Origin: an uncultured Desulfobacter sp.
GTDB taxonomy: Bacteria; Desulfobacterota; Desulfobacteria; Desulfobacterales; Desulfobacteraceae
DNA length: 64,000 nucleotides
Reading direction: 5' to 3'
Assembly (NCBI GenBank): GCA_963665095.1
Contig: OY762069.1
Span: forward strand, 192,001 to 256,000
In this document: one piece after another, positions 27,102 to 37,130 of the stretch
Layout of the letters: each line of letters begins with the position of its first letter
How positions within the stretch are numbered: position 1 is the first letter of the stretch
Position numbers and translations under genes: made by a program
The notes under the pieces: model-generated
Told to the model about the DNA's origin: nothing
Databases searched by the model: none
The model's input: only the letters and a program-made list of their open reading frames with translations

Positions 27102-28415
27102 ATGGGGACCGGAACGATTACCTTATTGTTGTTTTCCTCTTTGCTGATACTGTTGCTCACCGGGATGCCTCTGGCCTTCTGCCTCTCTGTGGTATCCGTT
27201 GTATTCACAATATTCCTCTGGGGGCCTGAGGCACTATTTCAAATTGCATCAACCACATTCGGATATACATTGAATATTATTCTCATTGCCATTCCGCTGT
27301 TTGTTTTCATGGCAAATATTCTTCAGGTTTCCGATATCGCAGATGATCTGTATGACACCTTTTACCGCTGGACCAGCCGGCTGAATGGCGGACTTGCCAT
27401 GGGCACGGTGGGGATCTGCGGCATATTTGCGGCCATGTCCGGGTTAAGCGGTGCAGCAACGGTCAGTATGGGGCTGATAGCGATTCCGTCCATGCTCAAA
27501 CGCGGTTACGATAAAAATCTTGCTGTGGGGTGTGTGGCAGCAGGCGGTGCGCTCGGGATACTGATACCGCCAAGCGTAGTCATGATCATTTATGCTGTGT
27601 TCTGCGGCGTCTCTGTTGGCAAGCTGTTTGTGGCAGGCGTGCTTCCTGGCATTCTTCTGGCCGGCCTGTTTGTGGTGTATATTCTGGTGCGCTGCCAGAT
27701 TAATCCGGAGATGGGCCCTCCGGTGCCCGAGGGTGAGCGAGCCACCTTTATTGAAAAACTCCAGTCGTTAAAATCTATTATTTTACCGTCACTTCTGATC
27801 CTGTCGGTGATCGGAAGTATTTTCTTTGGCCTTGCCACCCCCACGGAAGCCGCTGCTGTCGGCGCAATAGGCAGCCTTTTGTGCGCGTTGTCAAAAAGAA
27901 AACTGTCATGGGACAAACTCAGACAGGCCTGTGAAAAAACTCTTATTTTATCTACGATGATTATGTGGATTGTAATTGGAGCCTCTTGTTTCGCCAGTGT
28001 GTACACAGCACTGGGTGCACCTGATTTCCTCAATGACATCATCATGACCGCCGGCCTGGGGAAGTGGACAATTCTTATCATCCTGCAGCTTACCTACTTC
28101 ATTCTGGGCATGCTCATGGATCCCACCGGCATTGTGATGATAACCACCCCTGTTTATATACCGATTATCAAGGCGCTGGGCTTTGATCCAATCTGGTTTG
28201 GCATTTTATTTATCATCAACATGGAGATGGGTTATATTACGCCTCCCTTTGGCTATAACCTTTTTTACATCAGATCCATTGTGCCGCGCCATGTCATCAG
28301 TATGAAACAAATTTATTTGTCTGTATTTCCCTTTATTGTCCTTCAGGCCATCTGTTTAATACTGCTGATTCTGTTTCCCCAGATTGCCCTGTGGCTTCCG
28401 TCAATTATGGGCTAA
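27102..28415 (+). CDS. dctM: TRAP transporter large permease
   Basis: AIPLFVF, GALGILIPPS, ATPTEAAA and ITPPFG. Confidence 0.92.
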   Translation: MGTGTITLLLFSSLLILLLTGMPLAFCLSVVSVVFTIFLWGPEALFQIASTTFGYTLNIILIAIPLFVFMANILQVSDIADDLYDTFYRWTSRLNGGLAMGTVGICGIFAAMSGLSGAATVSMGLIAIPSMLKRGYDKNLAVGCVAAGGALGILIPPSVVMIIYAVFCGVSVGKLFVAGVLPGILLAGLFVVYILVRCQINPEMGPPVPEGERATFIEKLQSLKSIILPSLLILSVIGSIFFGLATPTEAAAVGAIGSLLCALSKRKLSWDKLRQACEKTLILSTMIMWIVIGASCFASVYTALGAPDFLNDIIMTAGLGKWTILIILQLTYFILGMLMDPTGIVMITTPVYIPIIKALGFDPIWFGILFIINMEMGYITPPFGYNLFYIRSIVPRHVISMKQIYLSVFPFIVLQAICLILLILFPQIALWLPSIMG

Positions 28416-28463
28416 AGGGCCGGCAATGAACTGATTTATTAAAACAAGGAGTCTTTTAAGCCA

Positions 28464-30110
28464 ATGATTACTGATACCAAGATAATAGAAAAGGCCGGCT
28501 CTGCCTATGAATATCCTTTGTTGATCAAGCAGTTGCTCCATACCTCAGTTGTACATGCCCGGGATAATGAGATTGTCTACCGCGGGACCATGCGCTTTAC
28601 CTATGACCAGTTGATGGAACGGATGAAACGCCTGGCTTCCGGGCTTGGGAAGATCGGCGTAACCCCGGGCGATGTTGTGGCATTTTTAGACTGGGATTCC
28701 TATCGGTACCTTGAAGGGTATTTTGCCATTCCCGGGGTCGGTGCTGTATTGCATACGGTGAACGTCCGCCTGAGCCCTGAGCAGATTCTGTTTACCATGG
28801 ACCATGCCAGTGATGCTGTGGTTTTCGTACACCAGGATTTCGTGCCCATAGTTGAATCCATCGCCCACAAACTGCCTTTGGTGAAAAAGTGGATTCTTAT
28901 CAGGGAACCTGACCAGCCGGCCCCTGACACGAAAATGGATTTTTACATGGAATATGAGGCGTTACTGGCCCTTGGGGAGCCTGACCATGAATTCCCCGAG
29001 TTTGATGAAAATTCCATGGCCACCTTAAGTTATACCACAGGCACCACAGGTGATCCCAAAGGGGTATATTTCAGTCACCGCCAGATCGTGCTTCATACCC
29101 TGGGCGGCATTATATCCTATGCCGCTGTGAAACCCACCGGGGGATTACACGCAGGAGATATCTATATGCCCATGACCCCCATGTTTCATGTCCATGCCTG
29201 GGGATTTCCTTACCAGGCCACCATGCTGGGGCTCAAGCAGGTCTATCCGGGCCGTTACGAGCCGGATCTGCTTGTGCATCTCCAGCAAACCGAAGGGGTG
29301 ACCTTCAGCCATTGCGTGCCAACGATCATGAACATGGTGCTGGACAGCCCCGCTGCTGCCGGGGTTGATTTTACAGGCTGGAAGGTGTGCATTGGCGGTT
29401 CAGCCCTTACACGGGGGCTGGCCGGCCGCGCCATGAATGCAGGCATAGATATTTATCCCGGCTACGGGATGAGCGAAACCTGTCCAGTCGTCTCCATCAG
29501 CAAACTGGGCAGCAGGGTGCGCAACATGGACCGTGAGGCCCAGCTGGATTATCGGTGCTTAACCGGCATGCCGGCCCCTCTGGTGGACGTCAGGATCATG
29601 GATCACAGCATGACCCCCCTGCCCATGGACGGAAAGAGTATTGGGGAAATTTGTATCCGCGCCCCCTGGCTTACCCAGGGATATTTAAATTCCCCGCAAA
29701 AAAGTGAAGAACTGTGGGAAGGCGGATATCTGCACACCGGGGATGTGGCTGTGCAGAATCCGGATGGTTTTTTTCAAATCACAGACCGCATGAAAGATGT
29801 CATTAAAACAGGCGGGGAATGGGTCAGTACCATTGAACTGGAGGATCTGATCAGTGGTCATCCATCCGTGGCTGAAGTGGCTGTGGTGGGTATCCCCGAT
29901 GATAAGTGGGGCGAGCGTCCCATGGCGCTGGTGGTGCCGGCCGAGGGTCACAGCTGCGATGCCGGGGATATCAGGCAGTATTTAATGCAGTTTGTGGATA
30001 AGGGCGCGATTAATAAATGGAGTATTCCACAGCGGGTCGAAATTACCCGCGAAATACCTAAAACTTCCGTGGGGAAAATAGATAAAAAGCGCATTCGAAG
30101 TACGCTTTAA
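28464..30110 (+). CDS. Medium/long-chain fatty-acid--CoA ligase (AMP-forming)
   Basis: YTTGTTGDPKG, PMFHVHAWG, YGMSET, HTGD and PKTSVGK. Confidence 0.9.
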   Translation: MITDTKIIEKAGSAYEYPLLIKQLLHTSVVHARDNEIVYRGTMRFTYDQLMERMKRLASGLGKIGVTPGDVVAFLDWDSYRYLEGYFAIPGVGAVLHTVNVRLSPEQILFTMDHASDAVVFVHQDFVPIVESIAHKLPLVKKWILIREPDQPAPDTKMDFYMEYEALLALGEPDHEFPEFDENSMATLSYTTGTTGDPKGVYFSHRQIVLHTLGGIISYAAVKPTGGLHAGDIYMPMTPMFHVHAWGFPYQATMLGLKQVYPGRYEPDLLVHLQQTEGVTFSHCVPTIMNMVLDSPAAAGVDFTGWKVCIGGSALTRGLAGRAMNAGIDIYPGYGMSETCPVVSISKLGSRVRNMDREAQLDYRCLTGMPAPLVDVRIMDHSMTPLPMDGKSIGEICIRAPWLTQGYLNSPQKSEELWEGGYLHTGDVAVQNPDGFFQITDRMKDVIKTGGEWVSTIELEDLISGHPSVAEVAVVGIPDDKWGERPMALVVPAEGHSCDAGDIRQYLMQFVDKGAINKWSIPQRVEITREIPKTSVGKIDKKRIRSTL

Positions 30111-30145
30111 CCTTTTATAAATTACGGCAATGGAGGCTTTCCAGA

Positions 30146-30682
30146 ATGGAGCAACCTGTAAAAACCATTTTATTCCTATCTGATCTTACCGTGAACATGA
30201 AGCAGGTCTTCCAGCATGCAGGGGCTCTGGCTGCTGCCCAGCATGCGGAAATTATTATCCTCCATGTAATGGAAGAAGATCCGGCAATTGAGAAAAGAGT
30301 CCGCATGGTCTTTGACGAAACAATTTACAGCAACCTGAAGTCAGAGCATAAAAGCGGTGCCCGCAATATACTCATCGGGAAAAATGTAGAGGCCCAGAAA
30401 ATAAGACATGCAATGACAGGCTTTTTCGGCGGGGAGGATAGTGGCCAGGCAAAGCAGGCAGATTCCCTGATCAAAAAGATACTTGTTGCCGAAGGCCGCT
30501 CCGTGGCCAGTGAGATCATTGAGACCAGCCTGGCCGAGAACTGTGATATGATCGTGATGGGGTGCAGACCGCAGAGCCTTCTGGCTGAAGTGATCGGGGA
30601 TAAGCTGGTCCGAAAGGTTCTGAAACGCGCCAGCATCCCGGTGCTTGTTGTCCCCATCAAAGAGCAGGCAGCACAGCCGTAG
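30146..30682 (+). CDS. Universal stress protein
   Basis: KTILFLSD, IIILHV, CDMIVMG and IPVLVVP. Confidence 0.85.
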   Translation: MEQPVKTILFLSDLTVNMKQVFQHAGALAAAQHAEIIILHVMEEDPAIEKRVRMVFDETIYSNLKSEHKSGARNILIGKNVEAQKIRHAMTGFFGGEDSGQAKQADSLIKKILVAEGRSVASEIIETSLAENCDMIVMGCRPQSLLAEVIGDKLVRKVLKRASIPVLVVPIKEQAAQP

Positions 30683-30798
30683 ACAGCCTGACTGTTATGG
30701 CCTAAAAAAAGAAAATATCCTGATACATATTGCCGGGGTGGGGCGCATGTGGTATTTCCCTCCAGATTTAGATTAACTGATTTTCCATGGAGGAAGAC

Positions 30799-31287
30799 GT
30801 GAATACACAGACTTGCCCCTGCGGCAGCAGTAACGCCTTTGCTGAATGCTGTGAACCCGTTATCACAGGCACCGAACCCGCCCGGACCGCAGAGCAGCTG
30901 ATGCGGGCGCGCTATACCGCTTACACCAGTGCGGCGGTTGACTTTATCTTTGAGTCCACCCATCCGGACTACCGGGACGGATACGACCATGCCGGCACCA
31001 AATCATGGGCCCAGGACTCTGAATGGATAGGGCTTGAAATTGTTTCAACGGAAAAGGGCGGCCCCGAGGACCAGGACGGCACGGTTGAGTTTATTGCCAA
31101 TTACCGGAATAACGGTATTGTCCAAAAGCACCATGAACTTGGCCACTTTTCAAAGGAAGAGGATACCTGGCTTTTTACCACCGGCGATATGGTAAAGCCA
31201 AAACCGGCGATTTCCACCAAGGTTGGCCGGAACGAACCCTGTCCCTGCGGCAGCGGAAAGAAATATAAGAAATGCTGCGGAAAATAA
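30799..31287 (+). CDS. ychJ: YchJ family protein with SEC-C motifs
   Basis: [22 protein letters not shown] and [22 protein letters not shown] start after GGAGGA (ATG 30787 is an alternative). Confidence 0.88.
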   Translation: MNTQTCPCGSSNAFAECCEPVITGTEPARTAEQLMRARYTAYTSAAVDFIFESTHPDYRDGYDHAGTKSWAQDSEWIGLEIVSTEKGGPEDQDGTVEFIANYRNNGIVQKHHELGHFSKEEDTWLFTTGDMVKPKPAISTKVGRNEPCPCGSGKKYKKCCGK

Positions 31288-31344
31288 CCGTTGTCTGAAA
31301 CAGCGATCCGAACGTATTTACTATATCAGAAAAAAATACCTGCC

Positions 31345-33477
31345 TTAATTCGTTATGATGGTAGCATCTACGGCCACGGGCATACCGTTTTTGATGATAA
31401 TCGGATTGATATCGATCTCCTGAATGGCCGGAACGTTATTCGCAAGCTGTCCCAAAGAGACGATGATCTTAGCCAGAGCCTCACGGTCCACCGGGGCAGC
31501 ACCTCTGAAGCCGTTTAAAAGCGACTGGCTTTTCAGGCGAAAGGTCATGTCCATGGCCTCCTGAAGTGTCAGGGGGGCCATGGAAAAGGCCACATCCTGT
31601 ATCGCTTCAGCAAAAACGCCGCCAACACCGCACATGACACAGGGACCAAAATAGGGATCCCGCATCACCCCGAGGATCAGCTCCAGGTCCTTTTCCACCT
31701 GTTTCTGCATCAGGATCCGGGTATGTTCCGGTGCACCTGTCTTTAAAGCGTTAAAAATCTGTCCGGCCTGGTCTTTGGACCGGATATCCAGGCGCACAAG
31801 CCCCATTTCAGTTTTATGTACCTCGCCGGGAACAAGGCCTTTCATCACCACGGGCCAGCCGAGCTGTTCGCCTGTTTCTGCAGCGTCGGCTTCCGATGTA
31901 ACCACCTTTTCCGCCACCACAGGGACTCCAGCCAGACCAAGAATTTTTTTGGAAATGTGTTCGTCTGCCACGCCGTTGATACGGTCGATGAGATCAAGAC
32001 ATGTGTCATCTATCGGCGGCGGTGTGAAGTCGGTTATATTTTTTGCCTGCTCCAGGGTTCTGGCCCGGGCAAACACAGCGCCGACACTTTCCACGGCCCG
32101 GCCCATCTCCCTGTATACCGGTACGCCATGGCTTTGCAGGTGCATATGGGCCTTGCGTGCAGGGTCCATTAAACCGATAATCCAGGAGAAAAGGAACTTT
32201 CCCTTTTCCCTGATGCCGGGTGCCACCTCTTCAATCCCCCACATTTCTGCTGCATTTGCGCCGTCTGAACCCGCCGTGTCATCAGTTCCCCAGTCTTCTG
32301 CGGTTCCGGCGTAATAGGTGCTCACGGAGACCGCATCCACACCCGGATCATCCCGCACCGCCTCCAGGGCGGTGACATAGGCTTTTCTGGTGCCGTGCTG
32401 CTCCACTGCCGGCCACAGGTCTATGGGGTTGGCCACGGGCATCCAGGCCGGATAGATGGCCTCCAGTTTTTCCCGGGTGGCTTGGGAAATTTCAGCCAGC
32501 TCAAGGCCATGCTGCTCCAGAAAATCAGCGGCAATAATACCTGCCCCGCCGCTGAAGGTCAGGATGGCCACCCGTCCCTTTGTCCTGCCCCGCATGTCCG
32601 GTGCATAGGAAAATGCCCGGCACAGGTCCAGCATCTGTTTGAAATCTTTGGCCTCGGTCACGCCGTACTGGGCCAGAATGCCGCTGATAAGTGCCCCGTC
32701 CTGGGCCATGGAGGCTGTATGGCTGGCTGCGGCTTTTGCCCCGGCCTTGCTCTTGCCTCCCTTTAACACCACAATGGGTTTGGAGGAAGTTTTGCAGAGC
32801 CCGGCAAACCGCCTGCCATTGGGAATGGATTCGAGATACATGCCAATGGTGCTGGTGTCCGGGTCTGAAATCAAATATTCAAGGATGTCGCATTCATCCA
32901 CGTCGCACTTGTTGCCGATGGAGCAGACCTTGGAAACACCCATGGTCCCGTGGCTGATGGCGTCTGACAGAAAGGCGCCGGCCAGCATACCGCTTTGCAC
33001 GATGAGACTGACGGTTCCGGGGATGCGGTCCACGCTCCATATGGTGCTGGCGGTGAAAGAGAATATAGTCTTGTTGGTCAGGTCCACCATGCCCAGACAG
33101 TTTGGCCCCCACAGCCGGATGCCGGCATCTGCCGCAGCTTTGCTCACCTCTTCCTGCAGTTTTTTCCCCTCCACACCTGTTTCGGCAAAACCGGCTGACT
33201 GAATCATGACCCGTTGAATGCCCTTGAGGCCGCAGTCTGCAATGGCCTGGGGAACAAACCGGGCTGGCACAAAAACAATGGCTAAATCCACATCACCAGG
33301 AATATCTTTGACATTGGGATAGCATGTTACCTCTTGAATTTCCTTATAGTTGGGGTTGATGGGATAGACAGAACCTTTGAACCCCTTGAGCAGGTTGAGC
33401 AGGATGGACAGCCCCCCCTTGGGTTTGGGTGTGGCGCCGATAACCGCTACCGATCTGGGCTTAAAAAATTTTTCCAT
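31345..33477 (-). CDS. Acyl-CoA synthetase (ADP-forming), fused CoA-binding/ligase/ATP-grasp
   Basis: PRSVAVIGA, GPNCLG, QSG, phospho-His ASHT, HKTEMG and EIDINP; no GNAT domain. Confidence 0.88.
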   Translation of the reverse strand: MEKFFKPRSVAVIGATPKPKGGLSILLNLLKGFKGSVYPINPNYKEIQEVTCYPNVKDIPGDVDLAIVFVPARFVPQAIADCGLKGIQRVMIQSAGFAETGVEGKKLQEEVSKAAADAGIRLWGPNCLGMVDLTNKTIFSFTASTIWSVDRIPGTVSLIVQSGMLAGAFLSDAISHGTMGVSKVCSIGNKCDVDECDILEYLISDPDTSTIGMYLESIPNGRRFAGLCKTSSKPIVVLKGGKSKAGAKAAASHTASMAQDGALISGILAQYGVTEAKDFKQMLDLCRAFSYAPDMRGRTKGRVAILTFSGGAGIIAADFLEQHGLELAEISQATREKLEAIYPAWMPVANPIDLWPAVEQHGTRKAYVTALEAVRDDPGVDAVSVSTYYAGTAEDWGTDDTAGSDGANAAEMWGIEEVAPGIREKGKFLFSWIIGLMDPARKAHMHLQSHGVPVYREMGRAVESVGAVFARARTLEQAKNITDFTPPPIDDTCLDLIDRINGVADEHISKKILGLAGVPVVAEKVVTSEADAAETGEQLGWPVVMKGLVPGEVHKTEMGLVRLDIRSKDQAGQIFNALKTGAPEHTRILMQKQVEKDLELILGVMRDPYFGPCVMCGVGGVFAEAIQDVAFSMAPLTLQEAMDMTFRLKSQSLLNGFRGAAPVDREALAKIIVSLGQLANNVPAIQEIDINPIIIKNGMPVAVDATIITN

Positions 33478-33751
33478 AATGTGCCTTTGCGTTTGGGTAA
33501 TGGATTAAAACGGGAAACTTACAGGTTTGAAAATCGGTCCTGGTAAACCGGATTATACAAATCCCGGAATGCAGGCTGGGGTAAAGGGGAAAAACAGGTT
33601 GACCCGTACCGGAAATCAAAAGCCGGGGAGATATTTTTGCCGGCCCCCCCGGACATGACCCTGCACCGTGGTGTTATTAAAATGGAAAGATGGGTTTTGT
33701 CAATATGCCTTGATCTGCAGGCGCTTTCTGTAATCCGCCTTAACCGCTATG

Positions 33752-33969
33752 TTTTGAACCAGGTTTTCAACAGGTTCTGTTTTGTTCTGAACATGTTTAT
33801 CAACGTTTATCTACCACTCTTTGGTAAGTTTTGAACATGTTTTAAACCAATTTTTGAATCTGTTATCAACCTAGGGCACTTTAAATTGACATTTTTTGAA
33901 CACACTTATGAACATTCGGATAACCAAGGTTTTGACTTTTTACGCGTGCATCAATTCTATTGTTGATAA
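33752..33969. repeat. Array of about 12 phased 9-mers TTWTSAAC(A/C), resembling DnaA boxes
   Basis: Copies start at 33752, 33764, 33785, 33797, 33807, 33829, 33840, 33852, 33863, 33894 and 33906, with an inverted TTATCAACA at 33961-33969. Confidence 0.6.
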
Positions 33970-34044
33970 CAAATAGAAACTGTCCACGATCCCTGGCTTT
34001 TATTTTAAAGTTTCCCATTGACATAATATAGAAAAGTCTACTAT

Positions 34045-34230
34045 GAAAGGCCATTCAGGTACTCGAAGGAGTGAAATACTTTAACGAGTTGAAAAGGGAA
34101 CCCTGTGGAAATCAGGGACGGGCCCCGCCGCTGTAATCGGGAACAAACGCTGCAAAAATGCCACTGTGAAATTTCATGGGAAGGCGCAGTAAGTAGGATG
34201 AACCGAGAGTCAGAAGACCTGCCTGGATAA
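34045..34230 (+). ncRNA. Cobalamin (AdoCbl) riboswitch 2
   Basis: CAGGT...AAAAGGGAACCCTGTGGAAATCAGGGACGGGCCCCGCCGCTGTAA...GCCACTG...GGGAAGGC...AGTCAGAAGACCTGCCT. Confidence 0.95.
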
Positions 34231-34291
34231 CATGGGATGCCGTACGTGGTAATGCGGAGCCCGCATGATCTTAAGGACGGAAAAAAGGGAC

Positions 34292-34331
34292 AGCCCTGGA
34301 TCGTTTGTATAAACGATTCAGGGCTTTTTTT
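34292..34331 (+). terminator. Riboswitch expression-platform terminator (attenuator)
   Basis: AGCCCTGGATCGTTT-GTAT-AAACGATTCAGGGCT followed by a T run. Confidence 0.8.
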
Positions 34332-34361
34332 GTTTGTAACGTGTAAACACGAGATCTGATA

Positions 34362-35117
34362 ATGAATATTCGCTGGTTGATACATACAAGCTTTGAGGGT
34401 GCCGTATTGATGTACACCCTGGCAGTGATCTTACACTTTTTCTCCGGCAAATCCAGGGGTGCGGTTCCCTGCCTGGTTCTGGGTCTTATGTTCAACGGCC
34501 TGTCCCTTGTTTTAAGATACTGGTCTTTCATCCCCCTTATGCCCCTGTTCCAGGGGCCGTTTTTTCTTCCCTTTGCCGTGGGCGTCATGGGGCTCAAATC
34601 TTATGTATCAGAAGCGCGCCGGCCCTTTTTCCTCTGGCTGGTCGCATCCCTGGCCTGGGTCTGCTATCTTTTCCCCAATGATTTCTACCTGCCCTACCTG
34701 CAGTTCAAGACCCCTTTTGCCCACGGCCTTTTTCTTTTCAGTATCATCGGGAAAGCCCTGTTTATCCTGGCAGGGGAAACAGGGCTTTCCCTGTTTTTAT
34801 GGCGGGAAAAATCCGGCCGGCCCAAAGAGATGGCCACCCGCCTTTTGTGGGGATTTTTTTTCTATACCCTGTCTGTCTTTTCCGGTGCGGTCTGGTCATG
34901 GCTGGGCTGGGGGTGCGCCCTGGTCTGGGACGACCCTGTGATTGCCGTTTCCATGGCGACCTGGCTCCTTTACGCCCTGCTGCTGCACCTCCACCTCACC
35001 CGGTTTTCAGCTCCGGCTGCCAAGGCGCTGATCCTCACGGCTGGGGCCGGCTGGATCATCTGTGCCGGTGTGATACCCGAACTTGGACCCTTCAGGACAC
35101 CGGGATGGCTGTCATGA
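34362..35117 (+). CDS. Divergent cytochrome c assembly protein (CcsA/ResC-like, WWD domain)
   Basis: Polytopic membrane protein with GAVWSWLGWGCALVWDDP...TWLLYALLLH. The start may be 34410. Confidence 0.75.
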   Translation: MNIRWLIHTSFEGAVLMYTLAVILHFFSGKSRGAVPCLVLGLMFNGLSLVLRYWSFIPLMPLFQGPFFLPFAVGVMGLKSYVSEARRPFFLWLVASLAWVCYLFPNDFYLPYLQFKTPFAHGLFLFSIIGKALFILAGETGLSLFLWREKSGRPKEMATRLLWGFFFYTLSVFSGAVWSWLGWGCALVWDDPVIAVSMATWLLYALLLHLHLTRFSAPAAKALILTAGAGWIICAGVIPELGPFRTPGWLS

Positions 35118-35962
35118 AGCTTGTTTCCCGGATCTGGCAGCTGGCCGGAAATATTTACCTGACCATGGGAATCATTGGATGCATGGTTGCGGACCTGGTT
35201 TGGGGATATGGAAAGCTCAAGGTTCACCAGGACATGTTTATCCCCATTAATGACAGGGGATTTACGGCATGGGCCGCTACCTGGGGCAGCGAGTCTCTTG
35301 CCATCACCCTCTGGCTTTTCATCCTGGTCGGGCTGATGGCACTTTTATCCATAAACACCTTTGTCTGTACTACAGACCGGGTCTTCACGCTGGTCCGTTT
35401 CCGGTACCGGTTTAAATCCTGGTGGCGTTTTTGCCTCAGATTGGGACCCCATGTCATGCACTATGCCATGCTCATCATGTTTCTGGGATACCTGGTATCC
35501 TACCTGTTCTCCGGGACCCATCTGGGAAAAATTCTTCTGCCGGAAAAAAGCATCTTCGTTAACGGGGTTAAAATCACCCTGAAGCAGATGGATATAAAAT
35601 ACTACGAGGGAACCCGGATGCCTCATCTCCAGGGACGGGTCATTGATGTCAAAGCAGCGATTCTGTTTGAAGATGCCCGGGGCAAATCGTTTCAAACCAT
35701 TGCCCATAACCGGCCGGCCATTTTCAGGGGCTTAAGCGTCCATTTAAGGGACTTCAGTCCCAAATACAAAGGCATGGGCATGGGCGGACCGCCCCGCCAA
35801 TATATCAATGTAACGGTAAAACAAGATCCCGGCATGAAATTTTATTTCGCCGGCATGGGCCTCTTTATTCTGGGTCTGTTCATGTATACCGGAGAAAAAC
35901 TGTTTGTTACCAAACCGGCTGCCGCTGCAAAGCGGGCCGTGCCGGTTGAGGAGGTGCAATGA
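35114..35962 (+). CDS. Short ResB/CcsB-like membrane protein
   Basis: TM segments, INTFVCT, GPHVMHYAMLIMFLG, NRP and KQDPGM..YFAG. ATGA overlap with the upstream gene fixes the start at 35114. Confidence 0.7.
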   Translation: MKLVSRIWQLAGNIYLTMGIIGCMVADLVWGYGKLKVHQDMFIPINDRGFTAWAATWGSESLAITLWLFILVGLMALLSINTFVCTTDRVFTLVRFRYRFKSWWRFCLRLGPHVMHYAMLIMFLGYLVSYLFSGTHLGKILLPEKSIFVNGVKITLKQMDIKYYEGTRMPHLQGRVIDVKAAILFEDARGKSFQTIAHNRPAIFRGLSVHLRDFSPKYKGMGMGGPPRQYINVTVKQDPGMKFYFAGMGLFILGLFMYTGEKLFVTKPAAAAKRAVPVEEVQ

Positions 35963-37104
35963 AGCGACATCCCGTATTCACACGGTTTGTTTTATATTAC
36001 TGTCTTGTTGTGCTCGCCGGAACCTTGGGATGTTCCCGGAATCAACAGGCAGAAGATCAGCCTGCCAAAGGAAAAGATATTGCTGAGACGACCTTTATGA
36101 GCATTGGCAGCTTTTCCGTCTCCAGCCTTTCCAACGGGACGACCCGGGTCAGGGACGGGTCAGGAAGAGAGCTGCTCCTGGTTCCAAGGCAGATGCAGGT
36201 CCCCGAGGGCACAGATCCGTCCCAGGTGGTGCGGACCCCGGTACGAAGGGTCGTGGCATACGGCTATTTTGACATCGCCATCCTCAAGGCACTGGGTGTC
36301 CTGGAAGACAGTCTGGTGGGGGTGATGGTACCCAGGGAAAAATGGATCATTCCCGAAGTGGTTAAGGGGATGGAAAGCGGCCGGATCGCCTACCTCGGTG
36401 ACTACAGTGGAATAGATATTGAACGGCTTCATCAGATCCAGCCGGACCTGGTTTTGACCTGGGATATGTCCATCATTCCCATTGCCGATGAGATGAAGGT
36501 GCCCTGCGCCATTACTACCACGCCTGTGGCCATGTGCCTGTCTGCCCGGATGAAGTTTGTCCGGTTCCTGGCCCCGTTTTTCAACAGGGAGGCAAAAGCT
36601 GAGCTCTTTTTTGACAGGATTTCCAACGCCCTGGAGCAGATCCGCATGGACACGGCAAAATCAGGATACAAACCCAAGGTCATGTGGGGGGATATCTATG
36701 AAAAAAGGGTGCTGGTGGAACCGGGCAATGCCTGGGTCGGAGAACTGGTGGAACTGGCCTTAAGCGATTACCAGTTCGAAGATGTATTCGGTACAAGCTG
36801 CATTGAAATCTCCCTGGAGCGATTTCTGGATTCCGGCCGGGACGCAGACATCTTTTTTACCTACCGGAATCCTGACAGCGGGGCCACCTCAAAGGAGGCC
36901 CTGGCCCGGGGCAACCCGCTGCTGGCAGGAATCAAGCCCATAAAAAGCGGCCGGGTCTACTCTCCGTTGCCCCACTATTATCAGTCCGGGGACAGGCTGG
37001 ACGAAATCCTTACGGATATTGCCGCCATCCTCCATCCGGAGAGCTACCCCGGTTATAAGATTCAATTTTTCAGAGAACTGCCGGACAAAGACCCCGCCTC
37101 ATAG
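35959..37104 (+). CDS. Cobalamin/iron-type ABC substrate-binding lipoprotein
   Basis: Lipobox TLGC, RTPVRRVV, DIERL..IQPDLV and DIAAILHPE. Confidence 0.85.
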   Translation: MKRHPVFTRFVLYYCLVVLAGTLGCSRNQQAEDQPAKGKDIAETTFMSIGSFSVSSLSNGTTRVRDGSGRELLLVPRQMQVPEGTDPSQVVRTPVRRVVAYGYFDIAILKALGVLEDSLVGVMVPREKWIIPEVVKGMESGRIAYLGDYSGIDIERLHQIQPDLVLTWDMSIIPIADEMKVPCAITTTPVAMCLSARMKFVRFLAPFFNREAKAELFFDRISNALEQIRMDTAKSGYKPKVMWGDIYEKRVLVEPGNAWVGELVELALSDYQFEDVFGTSCIEISLERFLDSGRDADIFFTYRNPDSGATSKEALARGNPLLAGIKPIKSGRVYSPLPHYYQSGDRLDEILTDIAAILHPESYPGYKIQFFRELPDKDPAS

Positions 37105-37130
37105 CGGTGCAAGATTTAAGGAGTAAACCC

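Noticed and set aside
33752..33969. CRISPR array
   Set aside because: The units are 9-mers with 1-3 nt gaps, there are no spacer-length unique sequences and no cas genes.
34252..34360. Leader peptide in the riboswitch 2 platform
   Set aside because: It has no convincing RBS and runs through the terminator hairpin; the sequence is explained by RNA structure.
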